The notes beneath the pieces were generated by a model. The model worked only from the letters and a program-made list of their open reading frames with translations. It was not told the DNA's origin and did not search any database. The translations under genes and the position numbers were made by a program. A stretch of DNA of 63,326 bases, counting the filler, from Octopus bimaculoides (Eukaryota): assembly GCF_001194135.2 (NCBI RefSeq). It is 5 parts of 5 records of this genome, joined end to end, with 100 filler letters (N's around TTAATTAATTAA, not from the genome) between each part and the next. Parts side by side here need not be neighbours in the genome. Positions count along the whole stretch, not along the records: positions 1 to 20,659 come from NC_068985.1; 4 more parts are not named here. The stretch is one strand, 5' to 3'. Positions 1 to 13,371 of the stretch are shown one piece after another (the first letter of the stretch is position 1; the number at the start of each line of letters is the position of its first letter).

Positions 1-1170
1 ATATATATATATATATATATATATACATACATACATACATACACCCACAAACACACACACACACATATATACATACATAAACATGTGTATGGATGTGGGT
101 TTGTATATGTTTGCCCACCACTCGACAAACGGTGTTGGTTTGTTTGCATTCTCGTAGCTTATCGATTTCGGCAAAAGTGACCGTTAGAATAAGTATTAGA
201 CGTTACAAAAATAAATACTGGGGTTGATTTTAATTGGCCGCTGACCCTTTTTTCAAAGTGGCGCTCCAGCATGGTCTCAGTCCAATGACTGAAACAAGTA
301 AAAGATAAAAGTTTAAAGAAAGCTTAGTGAACAGGTAGGGTAGGGGCCGGGACGTGGGTCTATTCAAGACAGAACGATATTGCTTTCGGACTCATTAATT
401 CAAGAGGCCCATTCTTGGATCTCCGGACCAGAGACGAATGTAGTACTAGATACCAATGCCCTTCATAGACCCTGTCAGCATGTATTTTCAAGGCTTTATA
501 TATATATATATATATATATATAATGCAAGAGAGTTAGGGGTTGTTGANNNNNNNNNNNNNNNNNNNNNNNNNNNNNNNNNNNNNNNNNNNNNNNNNNNNN
601 NNNNNNNNNNNNNNNNNNNNNNNNNNNNNNNNNNNNNNNNNNNNNNNNNNNNNNNNNNNNNNNNNNNNNNNNNNNNNNNNNNNNNNNNNNNNNNNNNNNN
701 NNNNNNNNNNNNNNNNNNNNNNNNNNNNNNNNNNNNNNNNNNNNNNNNNNNNNNNNNNNNNNNNNNNNNNNNNNNNNNNNNNNNNNNNNNNNNNNNNNNN
801 NNNNNNNNNNNNNNNNNNNNNNNNNNNNNNNNNNNNNNNNNNNNNNNNNNNNNNNNNNNNNNNNNNNNNNNNNNNNNNNNNNNNNNNNNNNNNNNNNNNN
901 NNNNNNNNNNNNNNNNNNNNNNNNNNNNNNNNNNNNNNNNNNNNNNNNNNNNNNNNNNNNNNNNNNNNNNNNNNNNNNNNNNNNNNNNNNNNNNNNNNNN
1001 NNNNNNNNNNNNNNNNNNNNNNNNNNNNNNNNNNNNNNNNNNNNNNNNNNNNNNNNNNNNNNNNNNNNNNNNNNNNNNNNNNNNNNNNNNNNNNNNNNNN
1101 NNNNNNNNNNNNNNNNNNNNNNNNNNNNNNNNNNNNNNNNNNNNNNNNNNNNNNNNNNNNNGTCTTCAAC

Positions 1171-1226
1171 TCGACCAAAGCCTTGTGAGTGGATTTGGTA
1201 GACAGAAACTGAAAGAAGCCCGTCGT

Positions 1227-1272
<46 letters not shown>

Positions 1273-1465
1273 GTCTGTGTTTGTCCCCCCACCATCGCTT
1301 GACAACCGGTGTGTTTATGTCCCCGTAACTTAGCGGTTCGGCAAAAGAGACCGATAGAATAAGTACTAGGCTTACAAAGAATAAGTCCTGGGGTCGATTT
1401 GCTCGACTAAAAGGCGGTGCTCCAGCATGGCCGCACTCAAATGACTGAAACAAGTAAAAGAGTAA
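1171..1465 (+). mobile_element. SINE family B (tRNA-like head, internal TA/TG microsatellite), 3' part
   Basis: accaaagccttgtgagtggatttggtagac...(TA)n...ggtgctccagcatggccgca.tcaaatgactgaaacaagtaaaag. A further 3' fragment lies at ~85-311. Confidence 0.85.
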
Positions 1466-2727
1466 AAGGGTATATGTGAACACGTGCCTGATGCAGATCT
1501 CCTGATGCAGGAGAGTCTCCAACTGGGGCCAGTCAAGCCCACACCCAACTGTTGTTTACCAAACTATACCTGCTTAGTGTAAATTCCATTCTCCCTAATT
1601 ATTTTTGTCCGTATTCTAACAAATTCACAAGAGGGGAGCACTTCTTTCCTCACTCCACTTTCTTTTCTATGTGGACCATGCAAAAGAAAATGAAGGGAGC
1701 TGTCTGTCCGCAGCCCTTTTAACTCCGTCTACCACGCGACTTTTTTTTACTGTGGCCACTATACAGCGGAACACCGTTTGTCTCAGTTTGGAGCCAATAG
1801 CTGAAGTCGTACTGCACGCAACATCAGCTATTCATCGTGACTCCGCGTGTCAGCACTGCTCGGACACTGCACGATTGCGTGCAATATAGTTCCGTCACTT
1901 TGCGTGCACTTGGGACAGCTCAAGCTGGCGGCACTTCTGTGCTTGAAGAGTTTATGTCGAACCGGCTCTGCCTGTCAGTAACACTGCTAGGTCAAGTATT
2001 TCTGGAAGTAACCTTGAGTAGTCCCAGACAAGACCAGCTCGTTCTTCCACATCGAAGCCTAGAATATATCTCTCTTACCCACCACAAGATCACCCTGTGA
2101 AGGGATCAGTGGTTTTGAACCTATGAACTGGGATCTCAAGTTAGCAATGCTCGGACACCGTACGAGTTCGTGCAGGACAGTTCCGTCACTTTGTGCGCAT
2201 CTCGGACAGCCTCAGCTAGCAGCTCTTCTGTCCTTGTAGAGTTTATCTCGACCCGGCTGTGACTCTCTGCAGCACTGCTAGGTCAAGAATTTCTAGAAGT
2301 TATCCATTATAACACCGACCCGAAAGTCCTCCGAAACAAACCAGCGGAGAGTTTCCTCGAGAACGTTGTCTCTCTTTACCCACCACTTATTTCCCTTGTA
2401 AAAGAATCAGACATTTGAACCTATGAGATGTAATCTCAAATAACAGCTGGTTTCGGACGTTGCAATCTCTGTTTTATACTCCTGTGTGAACGACTGAAAT
2501 TTAAGTCAGTCGCACATGGAAATTTTACAAATTACATTCGATTTAATGTCTCATAAATTCACATTAGTATTTCCTATAGATCGATACAAAACCGATACTT
2601 TCAAAATACAATATGAATTACGTATTATTGCCTGAGCATATCGAAAAACCAGAATTTTCCAGGACAATGCATGCATTGATCCAGTTAAATCATGATAATG
2701 ATGGTGATGATGATGATGATGATGGTG

Positions 2728-2758
<31 letters not shown>

Positions 2759-3179
2759 TGTTGATGATGAGGATGATAATTACAAAGACAGTATACAATC
2801 TGTGCAGAGATTTTACATTAAAAGAAAGGGAGAAGAGAATGAAATATGTATGTGAACATATGGCTAATGCTGTCCTCCGGATGCAGGAGAGCTTCTAACT
2901 TGATCCAATCAAAGAACGCTTCGGAACCAGAGTTGCCCTGACACCCAAGGGCACAAGCCCTCGCCCAGCGGTAGTTTTCAGTCAACAGGCCCGTGCTTAG
3001 AATAGTTCCGTTCAACAAAACTATTTTTTCCACTTTTACTATTTTTGCCCATGTACTGACAAATTCGCAAGAGGAGAGTACTTCCTTCTCCGACCCACTT
3101 TCTTTTCCAAGGCGTTAAGGGTTTGACCAAAGAGGAAGATGTCCATCCTTAATTCTTTCAGTTTTGTCTACCAAAGATA

Positions 3180-3573
3180 GTGGAGGCGCAATGGCCCAGT
3201 GGTTAGGGCAGCGGACTCGCGGTTTCGATTCCCAGATCGGGCGTTGTGAGTGTTTATTGAGCGGAAACACCTAAAGCTCCACGAGGCTCCGGCAGGGAAT
3301 GGTGGCGAACCCTGCTGTACTCTCTCACCACAACCTTCTCTCACTCTTACTTCATGTTTCTGTTGTGCCTGTAATTCAAAGGGTCAGCCTTGTCACACTC
3401 TGTGTCACGCTGAATATCCCCGAGAACTACGTTAAGGGTACACGTGTCTGTGGAGTGCTCAGCCACTTGCACGTTAATTTCACGAGCTGGCTGTTCCGTT
3501 GATCGGTTCAACTGGAACCCTCAACGTCGTAAGCGACGGAGTGCCAACAACAACAACAACAACAACAACAACA
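3180..3573 (+). mobile_element. Young tRNA-derived SINE (family A)
   Basis: A box tggcccagtggttagg, B box ggtttcgattccc and an (AAC)n tail. TSD accaaagat(a/g)g at 3170-3180 and 3574-3584. Confidence 0.9.
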
Positions 3574-4579
3574 ACCAAAGATGGTTATTAGACAGAAGAA
3601 TGTCGTCTGTCTCACGTAGTTAAAGGCGGGTACTGGAGTCATCCTCTCGATGGACTCAGCCAACAACTGAATTAGTGCTGTACTTGACAATAGTGTTCAA
3701 CATCATTCTACAAACCAGCAATGCCCGGACACTGCACGAGTGCGTGCAGAACAGTTCCGTAAATTTATGCGCATCTCGGACAGCCCCCAACTGGCAGCAT
3801 TTCCAAGCTTATAGAATTTATCTTTCCCGGCTGTGCCACTCAGTAGCACTGCCGGTTCAAAAGTTTCTGAAAGTTACCTATAGTAGCCCCGGGCCAAAAG
3901 TCTTCCAAAACAGACCACATAGTTCTTCAACATCAAGACCTAGAATGTCATTACTTTTGCTCACCACAGGATCACCCTGCGGAGGAATCGGTGCAGTGAT
4001 ATGAACCTATGAACTGTGATCACAAGGCAGCAATGCTCGGACACCGCACGAGTTCGAGCAGTACTGTTCCGTCACTTTGTGCGCACCTCAGACAGCCTCA
4101 GCTGGCGGCACTTTCGTGCTCGTAGGGTTTATCTCGACTCAGTTGTACCTTTCGGTAGCTCTGCCGGCTCAAGAATTTCTGGAAATTATCCATGGTAGCC
4201 TCGGCCCGAAAATCCCGCGAAACAAACCAACCGAAAGATTTTTCGAGAATATCGTCTTTCTTACCAAACACTTGTTCATCTAGTGAAAGAACCAGCGATT
4301 CGAACCTATGAACTGTCTTAAACAATAATCAGTTTCGAACTTTGCATCCCTGTTTTATAATCCTGTATGACCGATTGAAATTTAAAGCAGTCGTACATGG
4401 AGATTGTACAAATTACATCCGATTTAATGTCCCACATAAATTCACATTAGTTTTTTTCCGATAGATCGATACTAAACCGATACTTCAGAAATGCAATGTA
4501 AATTACGTATTATTGCCGGAGCTTATTACGATCGAAATAATCAGAATTTTCCAGGACGATGCCTTCATTGATCCAGTTG

Positions 4580-4648
<69 letters not shown>

Positions 4649-4723
4649 GACAACAACAACAACAACAACAAAAATAATAATAATAATAATAATAATAACG
4701 ACAACAACAACAACAACAACAAA

Positions 4724-4761
<38 letters not shown>

Positions 4762-4895
4762 TAATAATAATAATAATAATAATGATGATGACGATGATGA
4801 CGACGATGATGATGATGATGATAACACAAACAACAACAACAGTAATAAAAACAACAGCAACAACAACAACTATGATGATGATGATGATGATAATA
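4580..4895. repeat. Compound trinucleotide microsatellite (AAT/AAC/GAT/GAC)
   Basis: Visible directly. It is the source of the poly-N/poly-L/poly-Y pseudo-ORFs. Confidence 0.95.
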
Positions 4896-5749
4896 AGTTC
4901 TTGTATTTGTCATAGGTGTATCAGATGGAGACATAAAAAAAAACCCTTACAATCTGCGTAGGGATTTCACATAAAAAGATGAGGGAAAAAACGAGAGGAG
5001 AAGGAAATGAAATTTTAAAAAGGACATACATACATACTACACAGAATATGTGAACATATGGTTGATGTCGTTCTCCTAATGCAGGGAAGTCTCCACCTTG
5101 GAACATGAAGGAACTCCATGGAACTCGGGTCATCCTGACCCCCAAGAGCACAAGCTTGACGAAAGAGAAAGGTGTATGTCCTTAATCCTTTCAGCTCCAT
5201 CTACCACACAAACTCTTTCGCCGTAGTCACCAGACAAAGGAAGTCCGCCTACCCATCACGTTAAAGGTGGGTTGTGGGTCAATGCCTCAGGATGGACTCG
5301 GCTGATGACCACATTTGTCTTACATGCAGCAAGAGCTGGTCAGCACAACTCTACAAGTCAGCCATGTTCGGACACTACACGAACATGTGCAGTACTTCCC
5401 GTCACTCTGCACGCGTCTTGGACAGTCCCACTTGGCAGCGCTTCCATGCCTGTAGGGCTTATCTCGAACCGGCTGTAACCCTCGATAATACAGCTACACC
5501 AAGGATTTCTAGAAGTTGCCTATAGTAGATCCGACCCGAAAGTTTTCCAGACCAGATCACTTTTGTCAGTGAACAGGTCGCGGTTTCAAAGCGACGAAAA
5601 TATTTTGACAAATTAAATTTAAATGTTGAAGTGAATCTAACGGTTTTTGTGCGTTTTTAAATGGTTTGTAAACACCTTCCACGCTGCAATTGTTTTTGTT
5701 TCAGCACACGATCTGAGATCAAGTCATTTGCTATGCAAGTACATCTCCG

Positions 5750-5786
<37 letters not shown>

Positions 5787-5980
5787 NNNNNNNNNNNNNN
5801 NNNNNNNNNNNNNNNNNNNNNNNNNNNNNNNNNNNNNNNNNNNNNNNNNNNNNNNNNNNNNNNNNNNNNNNNNNNNNNNNNNNNNNNNNNNNNNNNNNNN
5901 NNNNNNNNNNNNNNNNNNNNNNNNNNNNNNNNNNNNNNNNNNNNNNNNNNNNTCTCTCTCTCTCTCTCATGCACGCACAA

Positions 5981-6014
<34 letters not shown>

Positions 6015-7668
6015 ATGTGTGTAAAATAATATGGTAATAATATTATATATACATATACCTTAATCGTCCAGAAAATATGATTTTAGTCTTTCGGAGAAGC
6101 ATAGCATCTGAATACAGATCTTTGCAATTTGAAACAAAAGATAGGAACTGATGAATTCCCATCAATTTTTATAAAGGAATTTCCAAATAATCAACAGGTT
6201 AGAATAGTTTATTTATCAACTAATGGGATTTATGTAGCTGAGAATGAGTTACAAATTCGTAAAAGAAACTATTCAGCTTTCAACACTAAAATTATGTTAA
6301 GAACTGTCTCATTTGTTGTTGTGTGTATTTCAGACATGTGATACAAAACACTTGGGGAAATTACGTGCTTTTGGATCTGAATATGTGAATATATTACACG
6401 TTCTACGTATTATAATTGTAAGGATGAATGTGTAATGCATTGCCTAGAGGTTTTAGGAAACCAATCGAATTTCGACGACTAATCGTATTTTGAAGTGTTT
6501 GCAAATATTTTGATTGTATACATATATAGTCACTTTGATAGGCTTTCTCAATCATTTGAATAATCAGTAATTCAGAATAATTATTCAAGAAACTTCAACT
6601 TTTAATAGAACACACACACACATTTATATCGTCTGTCTCTCACTCTGTCAGTGCTCTGCTTCTCTCTTCTCTCTTGCATTCTATATTTCTCCCACTCTTT
6701 CCCTAAGCCCTATCTTTTCAGTTTCTCTTATCTCTCGCTCCTCTCTTTTTTGTTCACATTTTCATATCTTCTGTCGCTCAAATTAACAAAATCTTTTGTC
6801 AGGCTGGTCTCGGGTTTTTACTGTACTGGTAGACCCATCTCACTCATTTTTCTACTTCTCGTTACTCTTGGTCTGTTCAACCTCGACACCCCATTACAAA
6901 CCATTTTGTATAGTTCTTCTTCTCACAGAATAATGTCCTTTCGGAAGCTTCTCCATGCTCCTGTCTTTTCTGCAGATGTTGACCTACAACAGTTTAAACC
7001 GAACATAAATGACATCAACTGCGCTGGTCTTGTAAGGCCTGCAAAGGTCAAGGGCCAATATACTTTTAAAGCAAAAAAACAACTAAAAAGGCTCTTTCTC
7101 GATAAAGAGCTCCGTTTTCTACGACTGTACACAAAAGTACGTTAATCCCCAAATACAAAAATTAACAGGATTCTTAAGTGATAATCCATGCAAATATGCA
7201 TTGGTGTTAGCACCCGCCTCGGAGCTTCAGAGTATCATTGAGGAACAGAAGAGGCCGTCGGGAGCGTGTGCACACCACTCGAAAACAAGGATAATGTTAA
7301 TGGCTATAACGTTTGGGAGAAATGGTCCTTCTTCGGAGAGTAGAGTAGAGGAAGAAGTACCGAAAGAAACTGAAAAAAGAAAAGTAAAAACAGGAAAGGA
7401 ATTCAAGTGACAGAAGTCATGTGGTATTGGTCTACGTGTTTCGCCGCTCTCTGACCGGAAATAAAGAGTATTCTAGATGGGGTATTTTGGGGCTGGGGGA
7501 ACAAACAGGAGGACTGGAATTTATTAGCGTGCGTGTAGATGTATCTATACGTTTGTAGTTGTGTGTAAAAGTCACGGAGAAGCGATTTTTGTGTTCGTGG
7601 CTCTTTGTGCCATGTGTCCTGAGCGTCTGTGACATGTGTGTTTGTATATACACATGTCTGCGCGCGTG

Positions 7669-7723
<55 letters not shown>

Positions 7724-7900
7724 NNNNNNNNNNNNNNNNNNNNNNNNNNNNNNNNNNNNNNNNNNNNNNNNNNNNNNNNNNNNNNNNNNNNNNNNNNNNN
7801 NNNNNNNNNNNNNNNNNNNNNNNNNNNNNNNNNNNNNNNNNNNNNNNNNNNNNNNNNNNNNNNNNNNNNNNNNNNNNNNNNNNNNNNNNNNNNNNNNNNN

Positions 7901-8035
7901 TATTGTGTTGTGAATGTGTCTGTCGGTGTATTGTGTTGTGAATGTGTCTGTCGGTGTATTGTGTTGTGAATGTGTCTGTCGGTGTATTGTGTTGTGAATG
8001 TGTCTGTCGGTGTATTGTGTTGTGAATGTGTCTGT
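7901..8035 (+). repeat. 28-bp minisatellite (~5 copies, more probably in gap)
   Basis: (tattgtgttgtgaatgtgtctgtcggtg)n. Confidence 0.9.
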
Positions 8036-8699
8036 GTGTTCGTGTGCTGATGACCGATAACCGAAATTATAAGAACTGGATCGAGAGTACGTGATAGCCT
8101 ATATGTTGCTTGTATGTATGTGTGGCTGAATATGCACGTGTTTGAGGTATGTCTGCTATATGTAGAGGTTTGTGTGTATGCAGATATGTGTGTGTCTTTG
8201 TATGGATGCAGATATGTGTATGTTTGTGTGGATGCAGATATGTATGTGCTTGTGTGGATGCAGAAATGTGTGTGTGTGTGTGTTTGTGCGGCTGCAGATA
8301 TGAGTTCGTTTGTGTAGATGTAGATATGTGTATATTTGTATGGCACAGATATGTATATTGTATGTGTGTATTTGTGTAGATGTAGATATGTGTATGCTTG
8401 TGTGTATGCAGATATTTGTGTTTGTGTGGACAGTGATATGCGTCTGTCTAATTGTAATGAGTGTGTATTCGTGTATTTGATATGAATAATTATTCGATGT
8501 GTGTGGTTGTTTATATGTAATATGTATGTGTGTGTACGATTGCGTATATGCTCATGTTTGTTAAGGTCTGCTTTATATACGGGTCTGTGTGTGTCTGTAG
8601 ATGTATGTAGATGCAAAATTGCTTCTGTCTTATTATAATGTGCTTGTGTGTTCATGTATTTGATACGAACATTGATATTTTATGTTGTCAATTGATGAT

Positions 8700-10850
8700 A
8701 GTGAATGGAGATTTGGGGGTGTAAGAACGGGGTGTAGGAGGCAATGTTAGAGGATGTAAGATGGTGAATTGATGAAAATAAAACTTTGCTCTCTGCGAAG
8801 CCAAGAATTGTGTGTATTCAATGTCAAGCATTGTGAATTGTTGTATAGAGTAGTTAGTGAAATAGAAGTAGCAAGCGACAGAAGTACGGTTTCCAAACAG
8901 ATGTCACAAAGATGTTCTGTAAATCGGTCAGCTAAACAACAGCTGGTTTTTGACTGAAGTACAAGGCGTCGCAGATAGAACATTTTAAACAGTAAATGAA
9001 GCCCGTAGAAGTGCAGGTGGGCGAATCAGAAATGTGGCAAGGGCAGTGGTTGCGTCTGTAAAAGTGGTGATTATGGCAAGGAACGGACAAGTGTGACATC
9101 GGGGTCGGGAAGAAGAGGAGGATCCATGAAAGGCTGAAGAGAGGAGAGGAGGCACATATCGAGTAGAACATGCTTGAAAGAAGTGCATTTGGAAATAGGA
9201 GAGGGTGGTTGGATTATACTGGAGGACGCACCAAATGGTGCAGAGATGGAGAGGTCGGGTGGAGGGGTGGAAAGGAGAGGAAATTGTATAAGGTGGGAGC
9301 CGGACCGTTGCGAGGAAGAGAGCAGAAGTATGGTCTATTTAGCGAGTTTGGGTCAGGGTGGATTGGACTTGTGTGGGAGGATATTCACGTCGAACGAAGA
9401 GACGGAACATGTATTATGACAAGGGCTCAGAGTCTTGGTCACAGCTGCATCTATGGCAGAAACGGAGGAATCGCATGCAAGGGATGGCCTGATTGATGTG
9501 GAAAGATGGAAGTAGATAAGAATCAAGATAGAGGTGTGATTCGATAAGTTTGTAGAAGTTTTGATCGCCGCTGAACTGACAGCGAAGAAGGCAGAATAGG
9601 GAGCGAGGGATGGCTCGTTTAGTTTGAGAGGAAGTAACATCGAAATAAGAGCGGGGTTCAATGGGATTCGATAGAAGGCAGTGGCAGTAAGAATGTGATC
9701 AAAGTGGTTGATAGAGGTATGGAAATACTGCTGAGTAGAAACTTCATGGAGGTTTCCGAGATGACAGAGGTGAATTCGAGGGAAGGCGGAAGGAAGTGAC
9801 ATTTGAGATGAAAGTGTTCTGTTGTTCACGGGAGAGGGAAGTGGAGTTGATACGACCGTCTTTTATAATGACTGTATAGTTCTAAGCCCCATCCTGTGAA
9901 TTGTGAGAAAATTTGGACTTCGATGTTGCCAACGAATCGGTTGACATAGCTGGGGGACATTCATTTTTCGTTTCCTTTGTGACCCCACGAACCTATTGGT
10001 AGATTTCGTCCGTGAAAGCACACTGAAAGGGAGCACTGGTTCAGCTAGGTTGAAAAGGGTGTGCGTACTGAGCTGGAGGCACTAGCGTAGCTGGGATGGG
10101 GGTAGGGGTGGTCCGCCCCGAGCGGCACTTTTGGGTCTGCTGTAGGCAATATGCGTTTTTTTGTGGGGCCCGGGGACGGCAAACGGAAGGGCTGCCCCGG
10201 GTGGCACACACTCTAGCTACGCTAGTGGCTGAAGGATGAATCGATGATTAAGAAAATACTGGAAAGCTAAGAGATTGTAGGGTAGGGTGTTGTTGAATGG
10301 AGTAGGCAATATAGTTTGAGGTTTTTTGTGCATGTGAGAAAATTGAGAAAGTGAACATTGAGATGTAAAATGAAGGGGAGAAAAGATTGGACAAAAGGCG
10401 GTGTACAGAGAGTGAAGAGGAGGAAAAGGTCTCAGGGAGGTGGTGATCGAAAATATGGATACGGAAAAGGGTGGAAGGAATGGTAGCTCAGATGAAAAGA
10501 CGGCAAGTGCGAGTGAAGATGGATTCAACGATGGGGAAGAGCACAGGTGTGGCGTGGAACTTTAGGCGAAAATCTCGGGTAGTGATATGAGGGTAGAGAC
10601 AGCGGCTTAGAGAAAATATGTTCCTGGAAAAATTGTGAGGTATAACTGACGGTTCCAAGAAGTAAGTGGAGAATATGGAATGGAACTTTATAAGATGGAA
10701 ATTCTTGAAGAAAGAATAAAGGCCTGGCATAGTGGGGGAGTAGATAGAAAAGTAGTTGGAGACAGTGGAAAGAGAAAAATGAGGAAAAGAGCAAAGGGTA
10801 GGGTATAAGAGATATTGCGGACGAATTGTGGTATTCAATCAGCGGTAATT
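8700..10850 (-). mobile_element. Degenerate Penelope-like element (N-terminal region, RT remnant, GIY-YIG endonuclease)
   Basis: Frameshifted pieces: IFSLSRCL..HI..RDFRLKFH (~10550-10650); a GEIYQ*VRGV...PSYVNRFVGNIEVQIFSQFTG RT remnant (~9880-10070); a thumb region (~9350-9800); and TCTSTGFIYCLKCSICDALY...LADRFTEHLCDI, GIY-YIG-like (~8870-9050). Confidence 0.8.
10080..10227. mobile_element. MITE with CACTA-like 13-bp TIRs, inserted in the Penelope element
   Basis: Begins CACTAGCGTAGCT and ends AGCTACGCTAGTG. A second copy lies in opposite orientation at 19126-19267. Confidence 0.75.
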
Positions 10851-10897
10851 TCGGAATTCAAGATAGTTGTCCAATTGTATATTCATCTATCTATCTA

Positions 10898-10934
<37 letters not shown>

Positions 10935-12425
10935 NNNNNNNNNNNNNNNNNNNNNNNNNNNNNNNNNNNNNNNNNNNNNNNNNNNNNNNNNNNNNNNNNN
11001 NNNNNNNNNNNNNNNNNNNNNNNNNNNNNNNNNNNNNNNNNNNNNNNNNNNNNNNNNNNNNNNNNNNNNNNNNNNNNNNNNNNNNNNNNNNNNNNNNNNN
11101 NNNNNNNNNNNNNNNNNNNNNNNNNNNNNNNNNNNNNNNNNNNNNNNNNNNNNNNNNNNNNNNNNNNNNNNNNNNNNNNNNNNNNNNNNNNNNNNNNNNN
11201 NNNNNNNNNNNNNNNNNNNNNNNNNNNNNNNNNNNNNNNNNNNNNNNNNNNNNNNNNNNNNNNNNNNNNNNNNNNNNNNNNNNNNNNNNNNNNNNNNNNN
11301 NNNNNNNNNNNNNNNNNNNNNNNNNNNNNNNNNNNNNNNNNNNNNNNNNNNNNNNNNNNNNNNNNNNNNNNNNNNNNNNNNNNNNNNNNNNNNNNNNNNN
11401 NNNNNNNNNNNNNNNNNNNNNNNNNNNNNNNNNNNNNNNNNNNNNNNNNNNNNNNNNNNNNNNNNNNNNNNNNNNNNNNNNNNNNNNNNNNNNNNNNNNN
11501 NNNNNNNNNNNNNNNNNNNNNNNNNNNNNNNNNNNNNNNNNGCAAATGACTAAGGTCAGTTGGGTGTGAAGTTGGGTATTTCCAGAGAAGCACTCAGCCC
11601 AAATATTGAGCTGTCAACACTGTCGGGAACCAAGCGAAGGTTATACCTTCATGTGGTTTGGCGAAGAGTAAACAATCCAATGAAAAGATGTATTAAAGAA
11701 TTTTCTTCGTCTTCTTCTTTTCATTGGTATATATACATGTGTCCGTGTGTGTGTGCGTGTGTGCATATGTGCGTGCGTGAGTTGTACATGAATATTTAAT
11801 AATGTGTTGACGTACTCTTGTACCATGTACATGTATAGTTACGTATATTGCCACCTGCAATATTAAACTAGATGTGTTACCTCTTAGGCCATTCGTCTAA
11901 CCTATGTTCAAACGTTTGTTAAAACGGTAAACTTTGTATATGTATGTAGGTATGTTTATATGAATACATATATATATATATAACAAATGCGAAAACTAAT
12001 TTCTGTGCGTCAGTGTGTCACACTTAGACTCCTTCTCTCACTATTCAATAACACTCCTACTATTCCTCATGGTGGAGTGAGAGTAATAGTAGGCATAGAG
12101 AGGAAGAGGGCGGTGCCGAAGAGAGAGAGAGAAAGAGAAAGAAAAAATAGGGAGAGAAAGAGAGACAAAGAAATTTAGGGAGAGCTAATGATGTTTTATT
12201 AAAAGTAGTAATGTTGATGGTGGCAGCGGGAGTAATAATAAAAGAGAAAGAGTGAGTATGTGCCCATCCTAAAAGAGGTCACCATCCTTGAACTCATGTC
12301 TCATGCCGTAGCTATGGTAAAAAAACATTCCAAATTGAAAAGAAATCCCTCCCCTCCATCTCTCTACCTCTCTACCTATCTATCTGTCTATCCATCTATA
12401 TCTCTCTCTATATCTGTCTATCTCC

Positions 12426-12482
<57 letters not shown>

Positions 12483-12489
12483 GTTTCTT

Positions 12490-12810
12490 CAATGAGAATA
12501 TTGACCAAGGTTACCGTGGTCTTTTCCGTGGGCTTTTCCTTCCACGGCTAAACCTAAACTGTCCTCCCCTCTTTTTACACGAGAACATTACTGTGTGATA
12601 CACGATCCCTATTGATCGGCCTTTCCTTTTCTTTTTTTTTCGATCCCTTTTGATCGAACTGCCTCTTTTTCCCTTCCTACGATCCCTTTTGATCGACACC
12701 ACCAAATTTTTTTTTTTTTTTTCCTTCCTTCCCCCTCCCAAAAAGAAAAGCTCTACATTGTATTTGTCCCATCTTCGTTGAGCCCTGTGTGGCTAATAAA
12801 AGAAATGTAT
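12490..12810. repeat. Dispersed repeat, inverted copy at ~52740-52980
   Basis: gatacacgatccctattgatcg...gagccctgtgtggcta matches the reverse complement of tagccacacagggct...cgatcaatagggatcgtgtatc. Confidence 0.7.
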
Positions 12811-13023
12811 CTATCTCTATGGTGATAGTGGTAGTAGCTGGAGCATTTAGGGATGATAGTAATAGTAAGTGATGTGAAAATAGTGTTGATGGTGGTGGAG
12901 GAGAAGGTGGCGAAGTCAAAGGTATTGATGGTAGTGACTTCAGATGTCTGAATGGTGTGTGTATGGAAGTTGTGGTGGCGATGGTGGTGGTACTGGTGAT
13001 GGTGATGGTAAAAAACAATCAAC

Positions 13024-13065
<42 letters not shown>

Positions 13066-13332
13066 GTTAGAAAGAAAAAAATTGTACGAACCCCTGAATG
13101 GGAAGTCAAAAAATGTTGTTTATTATGCAGTTTAGCAATAAGTTCCAAGTCGACAAATTATACCATTATTTTGCATAAAACTATTCAGTACTTCAAAAAT
13201 ATTGGCCAAGTTTAATAAAATTTAATATGTACTCAATTCATGAAGTGTCATTGTTGGACCCAAGGCCCAATGAGGAGCCCTCCATAGGAGCTAGCTTAAA
13301 AGCCGCCCTATCGGGTGGCTTTTAGGATTGTG

Positions 13333-13368
<36 letters not shown>

Positions 13369-13371
<3 letters not shown>

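Larger units (their letters stand above)
1472..5560 (-). repeat. Degenerate tandem macro-repeat (~1.4 kb, 2.5 units) built from Tx1/L1-type LINE ORF2 3' fragments
   Basis: Units start at ~1472, ~2848 and ~5046 (tatgtgaaca...tgcagg). A ~290-bp sub-unit recurs at ~1850, 2143, 3718, 4028 and 5360. Its minus strand reads FQKxLxxQxYR..PVRxKL..CPKCTQSDGTILHAIVQCP, a zf-RVT-type CCHC knuckle (1864-1917). Confidence 0.75.

Noticed and set aside
3180-3260. tRNA-like heads of SINE families A, B and E as tRNA genes
   Set aside because: They have A and B boxes but no intact cloverleaf, and they continue into SINE bodies.
4503-4961. Poly-N, poly-L, poly-Y and poly-I ORFs (also 7432-8655, 40724-41216, 47637-48605, 60788-61110)
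   Set aside because: These are di- and trinucleotide microsatellites that lack stops by composition.
7901-8035. CRISPR-like periodicity in the 28-bp arrays (also 59365-59514)
   Set aside because: The units are directly adjacent with no unique spacers, in eukaryotic DNA with no cas genes.
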